64,000 bases of DNA. It comes from an uncultured Methylomirabilota bacterium (GTDB taxonomy: Bacteria; Methylomirabilota; Methylomirabilia; Methylomirabilales; 2-02-FULL-66-22). This document shows, in pieces, positions 49,229 to 58,746 of the stretch; position 1 is the stretch's first letter; each line of letters begins with the position of its first letter. The stretch spans positions 224,001 through 288,000 of the forward strand of contig CAWJSJ010000002.1 in the NCBI GenBank assembly GCA_963845565.1, given 5' to 3'. Both the position numbers and the translations under genes were made by a program. The notes under the pieces were generated by a model, which did not search any database, had not been told where the DNA came from, and was given only the letters and a program-made list of their open reading frames with translations.

Positions 49229-50216
49229 CCGCGGCCAGCTGTCGCAGGCAACCGCGCACCGCCTCCAAGGCCGCTTCGGCCTCGTTCCGGGTCAACGGGG
49301 CAGCCGCGCGGGACGACCGTGCGGAGCGCACCAGCGCCGGGAACGCTGCCAGGGCCGAGCCGATCTTCAGGCTGCCGTCGGCGAGTAAACGCCCCTTAGT
49401 CGCGGCGACTACGAGGGGTGTCAGCGATGCTCTGCCGCGTCCGGTGCCGACTCCTGCCCGCTTGAGCGCGTCGGCCAGCAACGCCTCCAGGATACCCCCG
49501 CAGAGAACCACGCAGCTCTTCCACCCCAGGACGTGACAGACATCCTGGGCCTCGTGCCAGTCCGAGGCCAACCGCTCGCGGAGCCGTGCGTCCTCCACGA
49601 ACCAGAAGGCGCCGCCCGAGGCCCCGTTTTCGGCCGGAGCGGCGCGTGCCTGCGCCGCCACCGGAAAGTGGCGCAGGACGTGCTCTCGCAGGTACCGCGA
49701 GAGATCCGCCTCCGCCAGAAGCTCGTCCACGTCAATGGGCACACCCACGGTCCATTCCCGGTCGCCGAAGGCGCTGCCGCCGCCCCACCAGTGACTCAGC
49801 CGGATGAGTCGCTGCAGCAGGCGCGACTGGTCCGCCCCGAGATGCAGGACCGCCTCCACGTCCTGACTTCCGACCCACTCCACGGTCGGATCGGCGCGGT
49901 ACCGGTCGCGCACATATTCCAGGTACCGGACCAGCAACGTTTCCGACTCCTCGCCCTGCCCAGCCAGCAGTACGCCCAGGAACGTCAAGCGGTAGTAGGG
50001 TTTCCCCGCCTCGCGATACGTCTGCACCACCCCATCGCCCAGGCTGACCAGGTGGGCCTGCGCGGCGGCCGCCCCGAGGTGCTGATGGAGAAGGCGGGCC
50101 GGAACCCACCGGTTGTGATCGCAATAAAACGTCCACAGGGTGTCCAGGAAGGCCCGCTCCGGCGGCGTGAGCCGGCGGCGGAGGACGTCCAGGTCTGCGG
50201 CGGGTGACTGACCCAT
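49194..50216 (-). CDS. Hypothetical protein with C-terminal HEPN/DUF4145-like helical domain
   Basis: Long ORF with typical codon usage; FVEDARLRERL..D..EA...WKSCVVLCGGILEALL pattern. Confidence 0.6.
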   Translation of the reverse strand: MGQSPAADLDVLRRRLTPPERAFLDTLWTFYCDHNRWVPARLLHQHLGAAAAQAHLVSLGDGVVQTYREAGKPYYRLTFLGVLLAGQGEESETLLVRYLEYVRDRYRADPTVEWVGSQDVEAVLHLGADQSRLLQRLIRLSHWWGGGSAFGDREWTVGVPIDVDELLAEADLSRYLREHVLRHFPVAAQARAAPAENGASGGAFWFVEDARLRERLASDWHEAQDVCHVLGWKSCVVLCGGILEALLADALKRAGVGTGRGRASLTPLVVAATKGRLLADGSLKIGSALAAFPALVRSARSSRAAAPLTRNEAEAALEAVRGCLRQLAAATQVSSRRAGH

Positions 50217-50270
50217 CGTCGAAATCTCCGGAACGCTGCCTCCCGGACGCAAGGCGACGCGGGATTCGCG

Positions 50271-50654
50271 TTACAGGACGAGGCGCCCGTGCCCCAAAGG
50301 GTCGCCGGGGGCGAGCCGGCCCAGCACGGTTTCCAGCGCAGCCTGCTGGTCGACGGTAAGCTCGCCGAAGGCTACACCGCTCTCGTACCGGAGCAGCCGC
50401 TCGCCGTTGGGGCTCACCTCGGTGCCCACGATGGCGCTCCGGACGACGCGTGCGGGCAGGATCAGCGTGCCCAATGTTGCGGGCAGCTCGATGGTGCAGG
50501 TGAAGCCCGGCCGCAACAGGTTGTGGTGCTCGATGCGGGCCCCGGTGGTGCTGAGGTCCAGCAGGCGGGCGCTCAGCGTGGCGCGTATCCGTCCGCCGGG
50601 GCGCTCCGGGAGTTTCACGCGACGCCCTTTCCGACGCTCTCCGAGTTCGGCCAT
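50271..50654 (-). CDS. PilZ domain protein
   Basis: RRKGRR (RxxxR) and DLSTTG (DxSxxG); GGAGG RBS before ATG 50654 (GTG 50723 possible). Confidence 0.85.
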   Translation of the reverse strand: MAELGERRKGRRVKLPERPGGRIRATLSARLLDLSTTGARIEHHNLLRPGFTCTIELPATLGTLILPARVVRSAIVGTEVSPNGERLLRYESGVAFGELTVDQQAALETVLGRLAPGDPLGHGRLVL

Positions 50655-50741
50655 GGGACCTCCGTCTCCAGCGATGGTGAGGTACCGCCGTGCCCCGCCG
50701 GCACTCTCGGGTCTCTCGGACACCTTCGGCCGGTCACCGCA

Positions 50742-50771
50742 AGCTTATGCGGCCGGTGGGACCCGTGTCAA
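50742..50771 (-). promoter_or_regulatory. Putative sigma70 promoter
   Basis: TTGACA-N18-TAAGCT. Confidence 0.5.
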
Positions 50772-50869
50772 GGCCTCGTCTGGCTCCGGCTTTTCCAACA
50801 GGACGATGACGGCCATGGGCGGCCGGGGGTGCAAAGCGGAGTGGCCGGTCTCGCCCGGCCAACCGGCAT

Positions 50870-51397
50870 TCAGGCCGGCCAACCGACGTACTGGCCGTCC
50901 TCCCAGAGCTGGACCATGCGCGTCAGGATGGCCACAGAGCGCTCGAACCGCTCCGCCTGGGTCGCACCGGAGAGCGAGCCTGGCACCGCGCCGATCCGCG
51001 GTCGCTCCCGCTCGGCAAGCCGGTAATAGGCGCCGCGCAGCCGCTCCAGGGTGCCGTGGTTGCAGACGTCGAGGTTGGACGCGGGGGCGATGAGCGGGCG
51101 TGGACTATCGTGCAGCGGTCCCCAGTGGACGCAGTCGCGCAGATTGATGCCGAGGAGCCTCCGGGCGACCCGCGCGAATCCCATGAACCAGTCGGTCGTT
51201 CCGCCGCAGACGAGGCATCCGTCACACCCATCGTGGACGACGACCGCCCGGTACGCGGTGACCATCGGCCCGTCGCCCGTCATCCAGTAGACGTGCTTGT
51301 AGTGGCGCAGGCGGAGCGGGGGTGGAGCGGGGGGAACGCTGTGGGTGCGATGGGTGACGGCGATGCGGCGAACGGGAAGCAGTTTCTTCGTGCTCAT
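50870..51397 (-). CDS. Hypothetical Cys/His-containing protein
   Basis: Fills the gap in a co-oriented gene string; CDGCLVC motif; no family recognised. Confidence 0.55.
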   Translation of the reverse strand: MSTKKLLPVRRIAVTHRTHSVPPAPPPLRLRHYKHVYWMTGDGPMVTAYRAVVVHDGCDGCLVCGGTTDWFMGFARVARRLLGINLRDCVHWGPLHDSPRPLIAPASNLDVCNHGTLERLRGAYYRLAERERPRIGAVPGSLSGATQAERFERSVAILTRMVQLWEDGQYVGWPA

Positions 51398-51410
51398 GAC
51401 CGACTGCAGT

Positions 51411-52215
51411 CTAGCCGACCGGCGCGACACCGGGCAAGCGAAAAGCCGATGACCGCGTCGCCGGCACACCGCGACGGCGGTCCGCCTCGGCGAGCAGCGG
51501 CCGGAGTGCCGCGGTCATCCGGTCCGCGACGAGCCGGTGCCCCTTGGCGTTCGGATGGATCGCATCAACCCGCATGTCGGAACCGGCCAGGATCCCGCGC
51601 ATCACGTCGGCGATCAGCAACGCGCCGTGCCGGTCCGCCACGGCCTGGTACCCCGCGAGGTAGGGGTCCCCGCCCAGCCCCACGTTGATCTCCGCGATCG
51701 CGACCATCACTCCGCCCCGAACGAGGGTGGCGACGATGGCCTCCAGATGCCTGAGGGTTTCCTCGACGGGGACCCGACGCAGAAAATCGTTCCCGCCGAA
51801 CTCGACGACCACCAGGCGGGGGCCGTGCGGCAAGACGTCCCGCTCCATCCTGGCCAGACCGGCCCCCATCGTGTCCCCGGCCACGCCGGCGTTGGCGAAC
51901 GGAACGCCGAGCGCCTGGGCGACCAGCGCAGGAAAGCTTTCCTCGGGCCGGACGCCATAGCCCTGGGTGATGCTGTCGCCGAAAAAGACGATCAGGTCGC
52001 CCGGCGCCGCGAGGTTCGCGATCCGCCGGACGTCAAGCCGCGGCCCCGACCAGAACTGCCACAGCATGACAGCGACCACGGCAAGTAGGAGGCTGACCAC
52101 CGCTGCCCACAGCCAGTGCGGCGCCGGCCGCCCTCGCCGGCCGGATCCACCGCCGCGCCCCCGCGACCCCTCGGTCACCCCCGTCGTTGTCCGCCGCACG
52201 ATCTTCTCCGATATG
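51411..52215 (-). CDS. SGNH/GDSL hydrolase (arylesterase-like), membrane-anchored; start uncertain
   Basis: FGDSIT, NAGVAGD, GGND, DAIHPN. Confidence 0.88.
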
Positions 52216-52222
52216 TCGCAAG

Positions 52223-54247
52223 CTACGGCCTGATCTCCGCCAGCGCGGCCTCCAGTCGGACGCTCAGTTCTTCCCATTTGCTGTAGAGCGAACCGACACG
52301 CTCCTCCATGTCCTTCCGCTCGCGCGCCACCTCCCGCGCCCGCTCGCCGTCCTTGTAGAGGTCCGGGTTGGCCATCTGGTCGGTGAGTTCGCGCACGCGG
52401 GCCTCGATCCGAGCGATCTCGGCTTCGGTCTCTTTCAATCGCGCCCGGAGCGGCGCGACCTCTCGGCTCTTGCGCTGGCGCGCCTCGGCGTCGGCGCGCT
52501 TGGCCTCCCGCGTCCGTGACTTCGGCGCCTCTGCCGCGCCCGGCTCGCGGCTGGCGGCTGGCGGCTCGGCCGGCGCCGTGATCTTTCGGCCGTTCGGCGC
52601 GCGGTTCCCGGCCTGTGCGGGCGGCGGCGCGGCGACCGCCGCCGCCTGCTCTTCCTCCCGTTTCTCCAGATAGTAGTCGTAATCCCCCGCGTACTCCGCC
52701 AGGCGCCCGTCTCGGACCTCGACCACCTTGGTCGCGATCCGATTGATGAAGTAGCGGTCGTGGGAGATGAAGAGCATGGTGCCATCGAACTGGTCCAGCG
52801 CCTCCTCGAGAATCTCTCGGGCGGTGACGTCCAGGTGGTTGGTCGGCTCGTCCAGGCAGAGGAGGTTCGCCGGACGAAGCAGCATCTTGGCGAGCGCCAG
52901 CCGCCCCTTCTCACCGCCGGACAGGACCGCCACCGGCTTCTCCACGTCGTCACCCGAAAACAGGAAGGCGCCCAGGATCCCCCGCAGACGCGGTTGCATC
53001 GCCAGGTCGGCGACCGAGGCCAGCTCCTCGAGCACCGAGTGCTGGGGATTCAGGGCATCCAGCTGATGTTGCGCATAGTAGTGGACCGACGCGTTGTGCC
53101 CCAGGACGCGGTCCCCCTTCTCGAACGACAGGACCCCGGCCACGATCTTGAGGAGCGTGCTCTTGCCGGCGCCGTTGGGGCCGACCAGCGCCACCCGGTC
53201 TCCCCGGAGCAGGCGGAAATCCACGCCGCGATAGACCGCCGTGTCGCCGTAGGCCTTGTGGATCTTCTTGAGTTCGCTCACCACGGCACCGCTTCGCCCC
53301 GGCTGGGGGAACCGGAAGTGGATGCGCTTGGGGGCGCGGATGGTCTCCACCCGCTCGACCTTGTCCAGCTGTTTGATCCGGCTCTGGACCTGGCGCGCCT
53401 TGGTCGACTTGTACCGGAACTTGCGGATGAACCGCTCCATCTTCTCGATCTGCTCGGCCTGGCTCCGCTGGGCGGCCTCGAGCTGCTCCTGCCGGAGAAG
53501 CTTCTGGGCCTGGTAATCGTCGTAGTCGCCCACGTACAAGCTGAAGCGCCCCTGCTCCAGCTCCGCGATCCGGTCCACCACGCGGTTGAGAAAGTACCGG
53601 TCGTGGGAGATGATCACCACCGTCCCCTCGTAGGCCGCCAGGAAATCTTCGATCCACTGGAGGGACTCGAGGTCCAGGTGGTTGGTCGGTTCGTCCAGCA
53701 GGAGAAGGTCCGGCGACTGGAGCAGGAGGCGGCCCAGGGCGACTCGCATCCGCCAGCCGCCCGACAGCGTGGCCAGCGGGGCGTGGAATGCGTCCGCCGA
53801 GAAGCCCAGACCGTCCAGGATCGCCTTGGCGCGCGCTTCCAGGCCGTACCCGCCCAGGGCCTCGTACCGGTGCTGGAGATCGCCGTAGCGGTGCATGAGC
53901 TCGTGGGAGGTTCCGTTCTCCGCCTCGGCCATCTCGCTGGCCAGGAACTCCAGCTCGCTTTCCAGGCGCTGGATGTCCGGATATCCGGCCAGCACGTGTC
54001 CCAGGGCCGTGCCATCCCCGGCGGGCGCGATCTCCTGGGGCAGATAGCCGATCGTGGTGGTCTTGGCCCGGCGCACCTGGCCCGCGTCCACTTCCATGTC
54101 GCCCATGAGGATCCGGCAGACGGTGGTCTTGCCGGCGCCGTTGGGCCCCACCAGGCCGACCCGCTGACCGCGAGTGATGTGCCAGGTGAGATCCCGGAAG
54201 ACGGTCTGGGCCCCGAAGAATTTGCTGGCCTCTTCGATCTGAATCAT
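52223..54247 (-). CDS. ABC-F family ATP-binding protein
   Basis: Two Walker A (GPNGAGKT/S), LSGG, DEPTNHLD, SHDRYF; no TM; C-terminal coiled coil. Confidence 0.95.
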   Translation of the reverse strand: MIQIEEASKFFGAQTVFRDLTWHITRGQRVGLVGPNGAGKTTVCRILMGDMEVDAGQVRRAKTTTIGYLPQEIAPAGDGTALGHVLAGYPDIQRLESELEFLASEMAEAENGTSHELMHRYGDLQHRYEALGGYGLEARAKAILDGLGFSADAFHAPLATLSGGWRMRVALGRLLLQSPDLLLLDEPTNHLDLESLQWIEDFLAAYEGTVVIISHDRYFLNRVVDRIAELEQGRFSLYVGDYDDYQAQKLLRQEQLEAAQRSQAEQIEKMERFIRKFRYKSTKARQVQSRIKQLDKVERVETIRAPKRIHFRFPQPGRSGAVVSELKKIHKAYGDTAVYRGVDFRLLRGDRVALVGPNGAGKSTLLKIVAGVLSFEKGDRVLGHNASVHYYAQHQLDALNPQHSVLEELASVADLAMQPRLRGILGAFLFSGDDVEKPVAVLSGGEKGRLALAKMLLRPANLLCLDEPTNHLDVTAREILEEALDQFDGTMLFISHDRYFINRIATKVVEVRDGRLAEYAGDYDYYLEKREEEQAAAVAAPPPAQAGNRAPNGRKITAPAEPPAASREPGAAEAPKSRTREAKRADAEARQRKSREVAPLRARLKETEAEIARIEARVRELTDQMANPDLYKDGERAREVARERKDMEERVGSLYSKWEELSVRLEAALAEIRP

Positions 54248-54324
54248 GGCTCCCGTTCGCGCATGGACGCTCCCGGCCGGGTGACTCCGCCCGATGCGGG
54301 CGCCGCCTCACCGGCCGCTCGGCG

Positions 54325-56358
54325 TCAGGAAAACTCCTGGTAGCTGACGGGCGCCATGCGCCAGACGCTCCGGTTGTACTGGGCGACCATCCGGGAGGTG
54401 TTGAAGAAGCTGGCCACTTCGATGCAGTGGATCATGCGGTCGATCCACCGGGACGCGTGCGCGCCCTCGCGGTCGGCCCGCTCGACCTCGCAGTAGTCCC
54501 GCACCATCAGCTCCAGTTTGTCGCACAGCGAGTCGGAGTCCTCGCGGAGCCGGAGATCCATCTCGCGCCCGATCTCCCCGTTCGTCGGGCGGTGGCCGAA
54601 GATTTCGCCGATCTCGTTGTCCGCCGCCTCCACCACCCACCCGTCCATGGTGCTGAGCTGCAGGACGCCGTTCAAGACGGCCTTCATGCCGGACGTGCCG
54701 GACGCCTCGAAGGGCGGCAAGGGGTTGTTGAGCCACACGTCCACGCCGCTGATCAGGAGCTTGGCAACGTAGGTGTCGTAGTTTTCGAGGAAGACCGCCC
54801 GCAGGTGATGCCGGTGCTCCTCCAGCGAGTCGATGATGTTCAGGATCTCCTTGATGTTATCGGTACCGACATGGTCCTCCGGATGGGCTTTGCCGGCGAA
54901 CAGGATCTGCAATCCGCCGTACCGCGTGGCGATGTCCACCAGCCGGTCCGGGCGCTGCAGGATCAGGCTCGGGCGCTTGTACGGCGCGGCGCGGCGCGCC
55001 CAGGCAATCGTGAAGACGTCCTCGCGCACCATCCACGGCCGGAGCAATTCCACGAGCTGCGCCTTGTTCTGCTTGTGGGCCTTCCAGAGTTTCTCCCGAA
55101 ACGCACGGTCGTGGATCAGCTCGCCGACCCGATGCAGGCTGTCGGGGCTGTCCTTCCAGTTCTCGAACACCCGCGGGTACTCGTTGAACAGCTGCTCAAA
55201 GGGCCGGCTGATCCAGGTGGGAATGTGAATCCCGTTGGTGATTCCTCGGATCTTCTCCTCGTGGCTGGGGAACTGGATCTTGGTCACCTCTTCATGTTTC
55301 TTGGCGACCGCGTTCACGTGCTTGCTGGCATTCATCGCCAGGATCGTCAGGTTGACTCGGGCCGAATGGTCATCCTGACCGAAGCGTCGTGCGATCTCGA
55401 GCTCCTCTTCGGTGAGCACCTTGGCCAGCTCGTCGATCGGCAACCGGTCGTGCCCGGCCTCGACCGGGGTGTGGCAGGTGTACGCGAACCGGTCGGTCAG
55501 CGCGGCGACCTCCGCCGGGCTCTTCCCCTTCGCCATCTCCACGAAGGCGAAGGCGGCGTGCCCCTCGTTCAGATGATGGATGTCGATCGCATAGCCGAGC
55601 GCTTGGAGGGCGCGCATCCCCCCGATCCCCAAGACCTTCCGCTGGACGATCTTCCACCAGCTGCTGGAGCTCTGATAGAGCTGGCCGGTCAGCTCCCGCG
55701 CCCAATCCGGATTGTCGGGATGGTTCGAGTCGAGCAGAATCAGCGGGACCACGTGCTGCTTGTCGAAACTGGGAACGTAGTATTTCCAGAGGTGGAACCT
55801 GACCGGGTCCCGGCCGATCTGAAGCTCCACGCCCACGGTCAGTTTGACCAGGCCCGGATAGCTCTGGGGGTCCCAGTCGAATTCCCCTGGGAGCTGGCCG
55901 TAATGGATGCAGAACTGCTGGTCGAAGTACCCCTTGTTCCAGAGGATCCCGACGCCCAGCAGCGGGAGCTTCAGGTCCGCGGCCGATTTCAGGGTGTCGC
56001 CCGCCAAAACCCCCAGGCCACCGCTGTAGATGGGGATGTCCACCAGGGTGTCGATGTGGATGGTGTGGTAGTAGTCCATCTGCCGCAGGTTGGAGAAGAT
56101 CTCGAAGTCCCGCTTCGCGTTCCGGGGTGAGAGCGGCGCCGTGGTCTGGTAGGGATGATAGACGCTGGGGGCGAGCCCGAACTCCATCGAGAAATAGGCG
56201 ACGCTCTTGACCGACGGCTTGACGAGGGCCTCTTCCGCACGCTGGATGACGGCGCACGGAATACCGTAGAATGACACGTCGTTGATGTCGCGCGCGTCAA
56301 AGGCGAAGCCTGCGGTGTCCAGGTTCAGACGTGCGACGATCTCGGGCATACCGGTCAT
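54325..56358 (-). CDS. glgP: Alpha-glucan phosphorylase
   Basis: YFSMEFGL, YSGGLGVLAGD, HLNEGH, FAGKAHP, EASGTSGMK. Confidence 0.93.
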   Translation of the reverse strand: MTGMPEIVARLNLDTAGFAFDARDINDVSFYGIPCAVIQRAEEALVKPSVKSVAYFSMEFGLAPSVYHPYQTTAPLSPRNAKRDFEIFSNLRQMDYYHTIHIDTLVDIPIYSGGLGVLAGDTLKSAADLKLPLLGVGILWNKGYFDQQFCIHYGQLPGEFDWDPQSYPGLVKLTVGVELQIGRDPVRFHLWKYYVPSFDKQHVVPLILLDSNHPDNPDWARELTGQLYQSSSSWWKIVQRKVLGIGGMRALQALGYAIDIHHLNEGHAAFAFVEMAKGKSPAEVAALTDRFAYTCHTPVEAGHDRLPIDELAKVLTEEELEIARRFGQDDHSARVNLTILAMNASKHVNAVAKKHEEVTKIQFPSHEEKIRGITNGIHIPTWISRPFEQLFNEYPRVFENWKDSPDSLHRVGELIHDRAFREKLWKAHKQNKAQLVELLRPWMVREDVFTIAWARRAAPYKRPSLILQRPDRLVDIATRYGGLQILFAGKAHPEDHVGTDNIKEILNIIDSLEEHRHHLRAVFLENYDTYVAKLLISGVDVWLNNPLPPFEASGTSGMKAVLNGVLQLSTMDGWVVEAADNEIGEIFGHRPTNGEIGREMDLRLREDSDSLCDKLELMVRDYCEVERADREGAHASRWIDRMIHCIEVASFFNTSRMVAQYNRSVWRMAPVSYQEFS

Positions 56359-56481
56359 GTGGAGACGCCTTTCGATGGCTGTCGGGATCCATCTCGGTCA
56401 CTGGAGTCGACACGCGAACCACGCCGCGAGCGCTGTCAGGTGGGGACGATACCCGCGAGGATCCTCGGCCAGAGCGAGGCG

Positions 56482-56510
56482 AGAATGCCCCAGGGACGGA
56501 AACGTGTCAA
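56482..56510 (-). promoter_or_regulatory. Putative sigma70 promoter of glgP
   Basis: TTGACA-N17-CATTCT. Confidence 0.5.
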
Positions 56511-56535
56511 GCCCAAACCGGCGAAGCCCCCGGGT

Positions 56536-57864
56536 TCAGGACTGCGCCAGCCCCTCTTCGAGGTCCCGGATGATGTCTTCGGCTTTTTCCAGCCCGAACG
56601 ACAGCCGGATGCCGTTCGGTGCGATGCGACCCCGCTTCTGGGCCTCGGGCGGCAGGGCGGCGTGCGTCATGATGCCGGGCGCCTCGATCAGGGTGCGGAT
56701 GTTGCCGAGCGAAACCGCCAGGGTGATGCAGTACGAATGCGTGGCCGCCCAGTTGATCAGCCGCCGGGCCCGCAGGGGCTCCGCCCCGTCCTCGCGCGTT
56801 TCGAAGTACAGGAGCGTCCCGGGCGCGAAGGTGCCGAGCGTGCTCCGCATCTGCTTTTCCGCCAGTAGATACTGCGGGTGGCTGGGGAGGCCCGGATAGT
56901 ACACCCTGCCGATCTTGGGGTGCCGCTCCAGGAACTCGGCGACCTTGAAGGCGGTGTCGATCTGCCGCTTGACCCGCAGCGTCAGCGTCGACAGGCCGTA
57001 GACCAGGATCGCCCACGCCGATTTCGGGGACAGCACCCCCCCGAAATCCTTCCGATACATGAACAACTCTTCCTCGTAACGCTTCGCGCCGATGACCGCG
57101 CCGCCCATGTCGGTGCCGAACCCGCAGATATTCTTGGTCAGCGATTCGATCGAGAGGTCCACGCCCCACTCCAGCGGTCGCTGACAATAGGGCGATGCGA
57201 AGGTGTTGTCGATCAGCACATGGATCTTCCGATCGTCGGGACGGGTGGCGTTGATCTCGTCCCGCAACCCGCACAGCGCGCCGAGGTCCACGATCTCCAT
57301 CGTCGGGTTCGCCGGCGTCTCGGCGTAGAGCACCCGGGTCTCGGGACGGATCGCCGCCCGCACGCTCTCCAGCGCCGTGAAGTCGCAGAAGGTGGTGGCG
57401 ATCTGCTGCCGGGACAGCCATCGGGTCAACAAGGAATAGGTGCACCCGTAGATCGTCCCGAACGCGACGATGTGCTCCCCGGGTTTCAGCAGGATGCCGA
57501 GCGCGGCGGAGATCGCAGCCATCCCGGTGGCGAAGGTGCAGCAGATCTCGCCGCCTTCCGCCCGCGCCAGATCGTCCTCGAGGATACTGCGCGTCGGCTC
57601 GTCCAGCCGGTCGTAGATGTAAACCGGTTCGGCATCCCCCTCGCGGCCGCGGCCGAACTGCAGGAAGCCGCGCCCGCCGCGCTCCGCGGAGTCCAGTCGG
57701 TAGGTGACCGACGACGAGAGCGGCGGCACCGTGTGATGGCTGAAGTCCCAGCGGGCGGTCTGCGCCGTGCCGTGAATCAGGAACGTTGACATCCCGACTC
57801 GCCGACTGTCGCCCGGGCTGCTGGTCGTGGAATACGCGTCCTGGTCCATCTTCTCGTCGGCCAT
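56536..57864 (-). CDS. Cys/Met metabolism PLP enzyme (methionine gamma-lyase-like)
   Basis: YIYDR, TGMAAI, YGCT, ETPANP, DNTF, SLTK, AVSLG, RLSFGLE. Confidence 0.9.
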   Translation of the reverse strand: MADEKMDQDAYSTTSSPGDSRRVGMSTFLIHGTAQTARWDFSHHTVPPLSSSVTYRLDSAERGGRGFLQFGRGREGDAEPVYIYDRLDEPTRSILEDDLARAEGGEICCTFATGMAAISAALGILLKPGEHIVAFGTIYGCTYSLLTRWLSRQQIATTFCDFTALESVRAAIRPETRVLYAETPANPTMEIVDLGALCGLRDEINATRPDDRKIHVLIDNTFASPYCQRPLEWGVDLSIESLTKNICGFGTDMGGAVIGAKRYEEELFMYRKDFGGVLSPKSAWAILVYGLSTLTLRVKRQIDTAFKVAEFLERHPKIGRVYYPGLPSHPQYLLAEKQMRSTLGTFAPGTLLYFETREDGAEPLRARRLINWAATHSYCITLAVSLGNIRTLIEAPGIMTHAALPPEAQKRGRIAPNGIRLSFGLEKAEDIIRDLEEGLAQS

Positions 57865-57891
57865 GGGCTCACCTCCACCGCTCTGCAAAAG

Positions 57892-57976
57892 AGCGGACGT
57901 CGAACGACGGACCACCGACGATGGCCATCCCTGTTCGTCGGCCACCGTCGAGGGCTGCGGTCCGTCGTCTGCGGTC
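57892..57976. repeat. Heptamer-repeat hairpin in the leader of the Met gamma-lyase-like gene
   Basis: 7-nt periodic GACGACG/GACCGCA-like units followed by complementary units. Confidence 0.6.
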
Positions 57977-58166
57977 AAGGATAACCCAAACCCGTCCCGA
58001 ATACCACTCCCCCGGGGATGGATGAACGGCAGGGATCGGACGCCTGGCAGTCGTGGGGGCAGGGCGGCGCGCCTCGGGAGAGGCCGTCGAAGGGAACGAC
58101 GCGAGCAGAACGCCCCTCGCGGCCCGAGCGTCTCGGCGGCCGGCCGCGAGGGGCACGATGTCGTGG

Positions 58167-58574
58167 CTATGCCGCGGACGGCACCAGCCGCCCCGACCTC
58201 GGCGGCCGGGCCGGTCGGACCTTGCTCTCCTTGGAGGCCGGCCAGCGCAGGGCGGCTGCGCGCTCCGCGGCAATCTCCTCCCGCGTCCGACGTTTGCGCT
58301 CGCCCGTGCCGAGGTTCATCTCCGCCAGCGCCAGCCGGACCTGCCGGCCCGCATCCAGCATGGCGATCAGGCTGGGAGCGTAGAAACACCGGACCGTGTA
58401 CCCGCAGACGGTGCATCGTTTGTAATGGAACCGCCACATGCCCTCGATGGCGTTGTGACCGACCGGCGCCATGCTGACGAGGCAGCACGGCGAGGGGGCG
58501 ACGGGCGACACGATTCTCTGCGGATAATCGTTGGCGGGCGGGACGTTGTTTCGATATTCAACGATGTTTTCCAT
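58167..58574 (-). CDS. Small hypothetical protein with CC...CxxC motif
   Basis: GGAGG RBS; MENIVEYRNNVPPANDYPQRIVSP...CC...YKRCTVCGYTVR. Confidence 0.7.
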   Translation of the reverse strand: MENIVEYRNNVPPANDYPQRIVSPVAPSPCCLVSMAPVGHNAIEGMWRFHYKRCTVCGYTVRCFYAPSLIAMLDAGRQVRLALAEMNLGTGERKRRTREEIAAERAAALRWPASKESKVRPARPPRSGRLVPSAA

Positions 58575-58746
58575 CGGGAGTCCTCCGGAGGGAGGCGGAG
58601 TCGCGTCGGGTGACCAAGAACACGACCCCGCTTCCCCTTTTCGTTCCCCGCAGCCGCGTCCTGGTTTCGGCGCACCCAATCTCGCGCTTGGGTGTCCGAG
58701 CAGCCATGGGGCCCGGTAGATGGAGGGTGCGTCGCCGCTGGGTCGG

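Noticed and set aside
57980..58060. SAM riboswitch expected upstream of a Met-metabolism gene
   Set aside because: No SAM-I core (ATC..GAG, GCAACC, GTGC) found.
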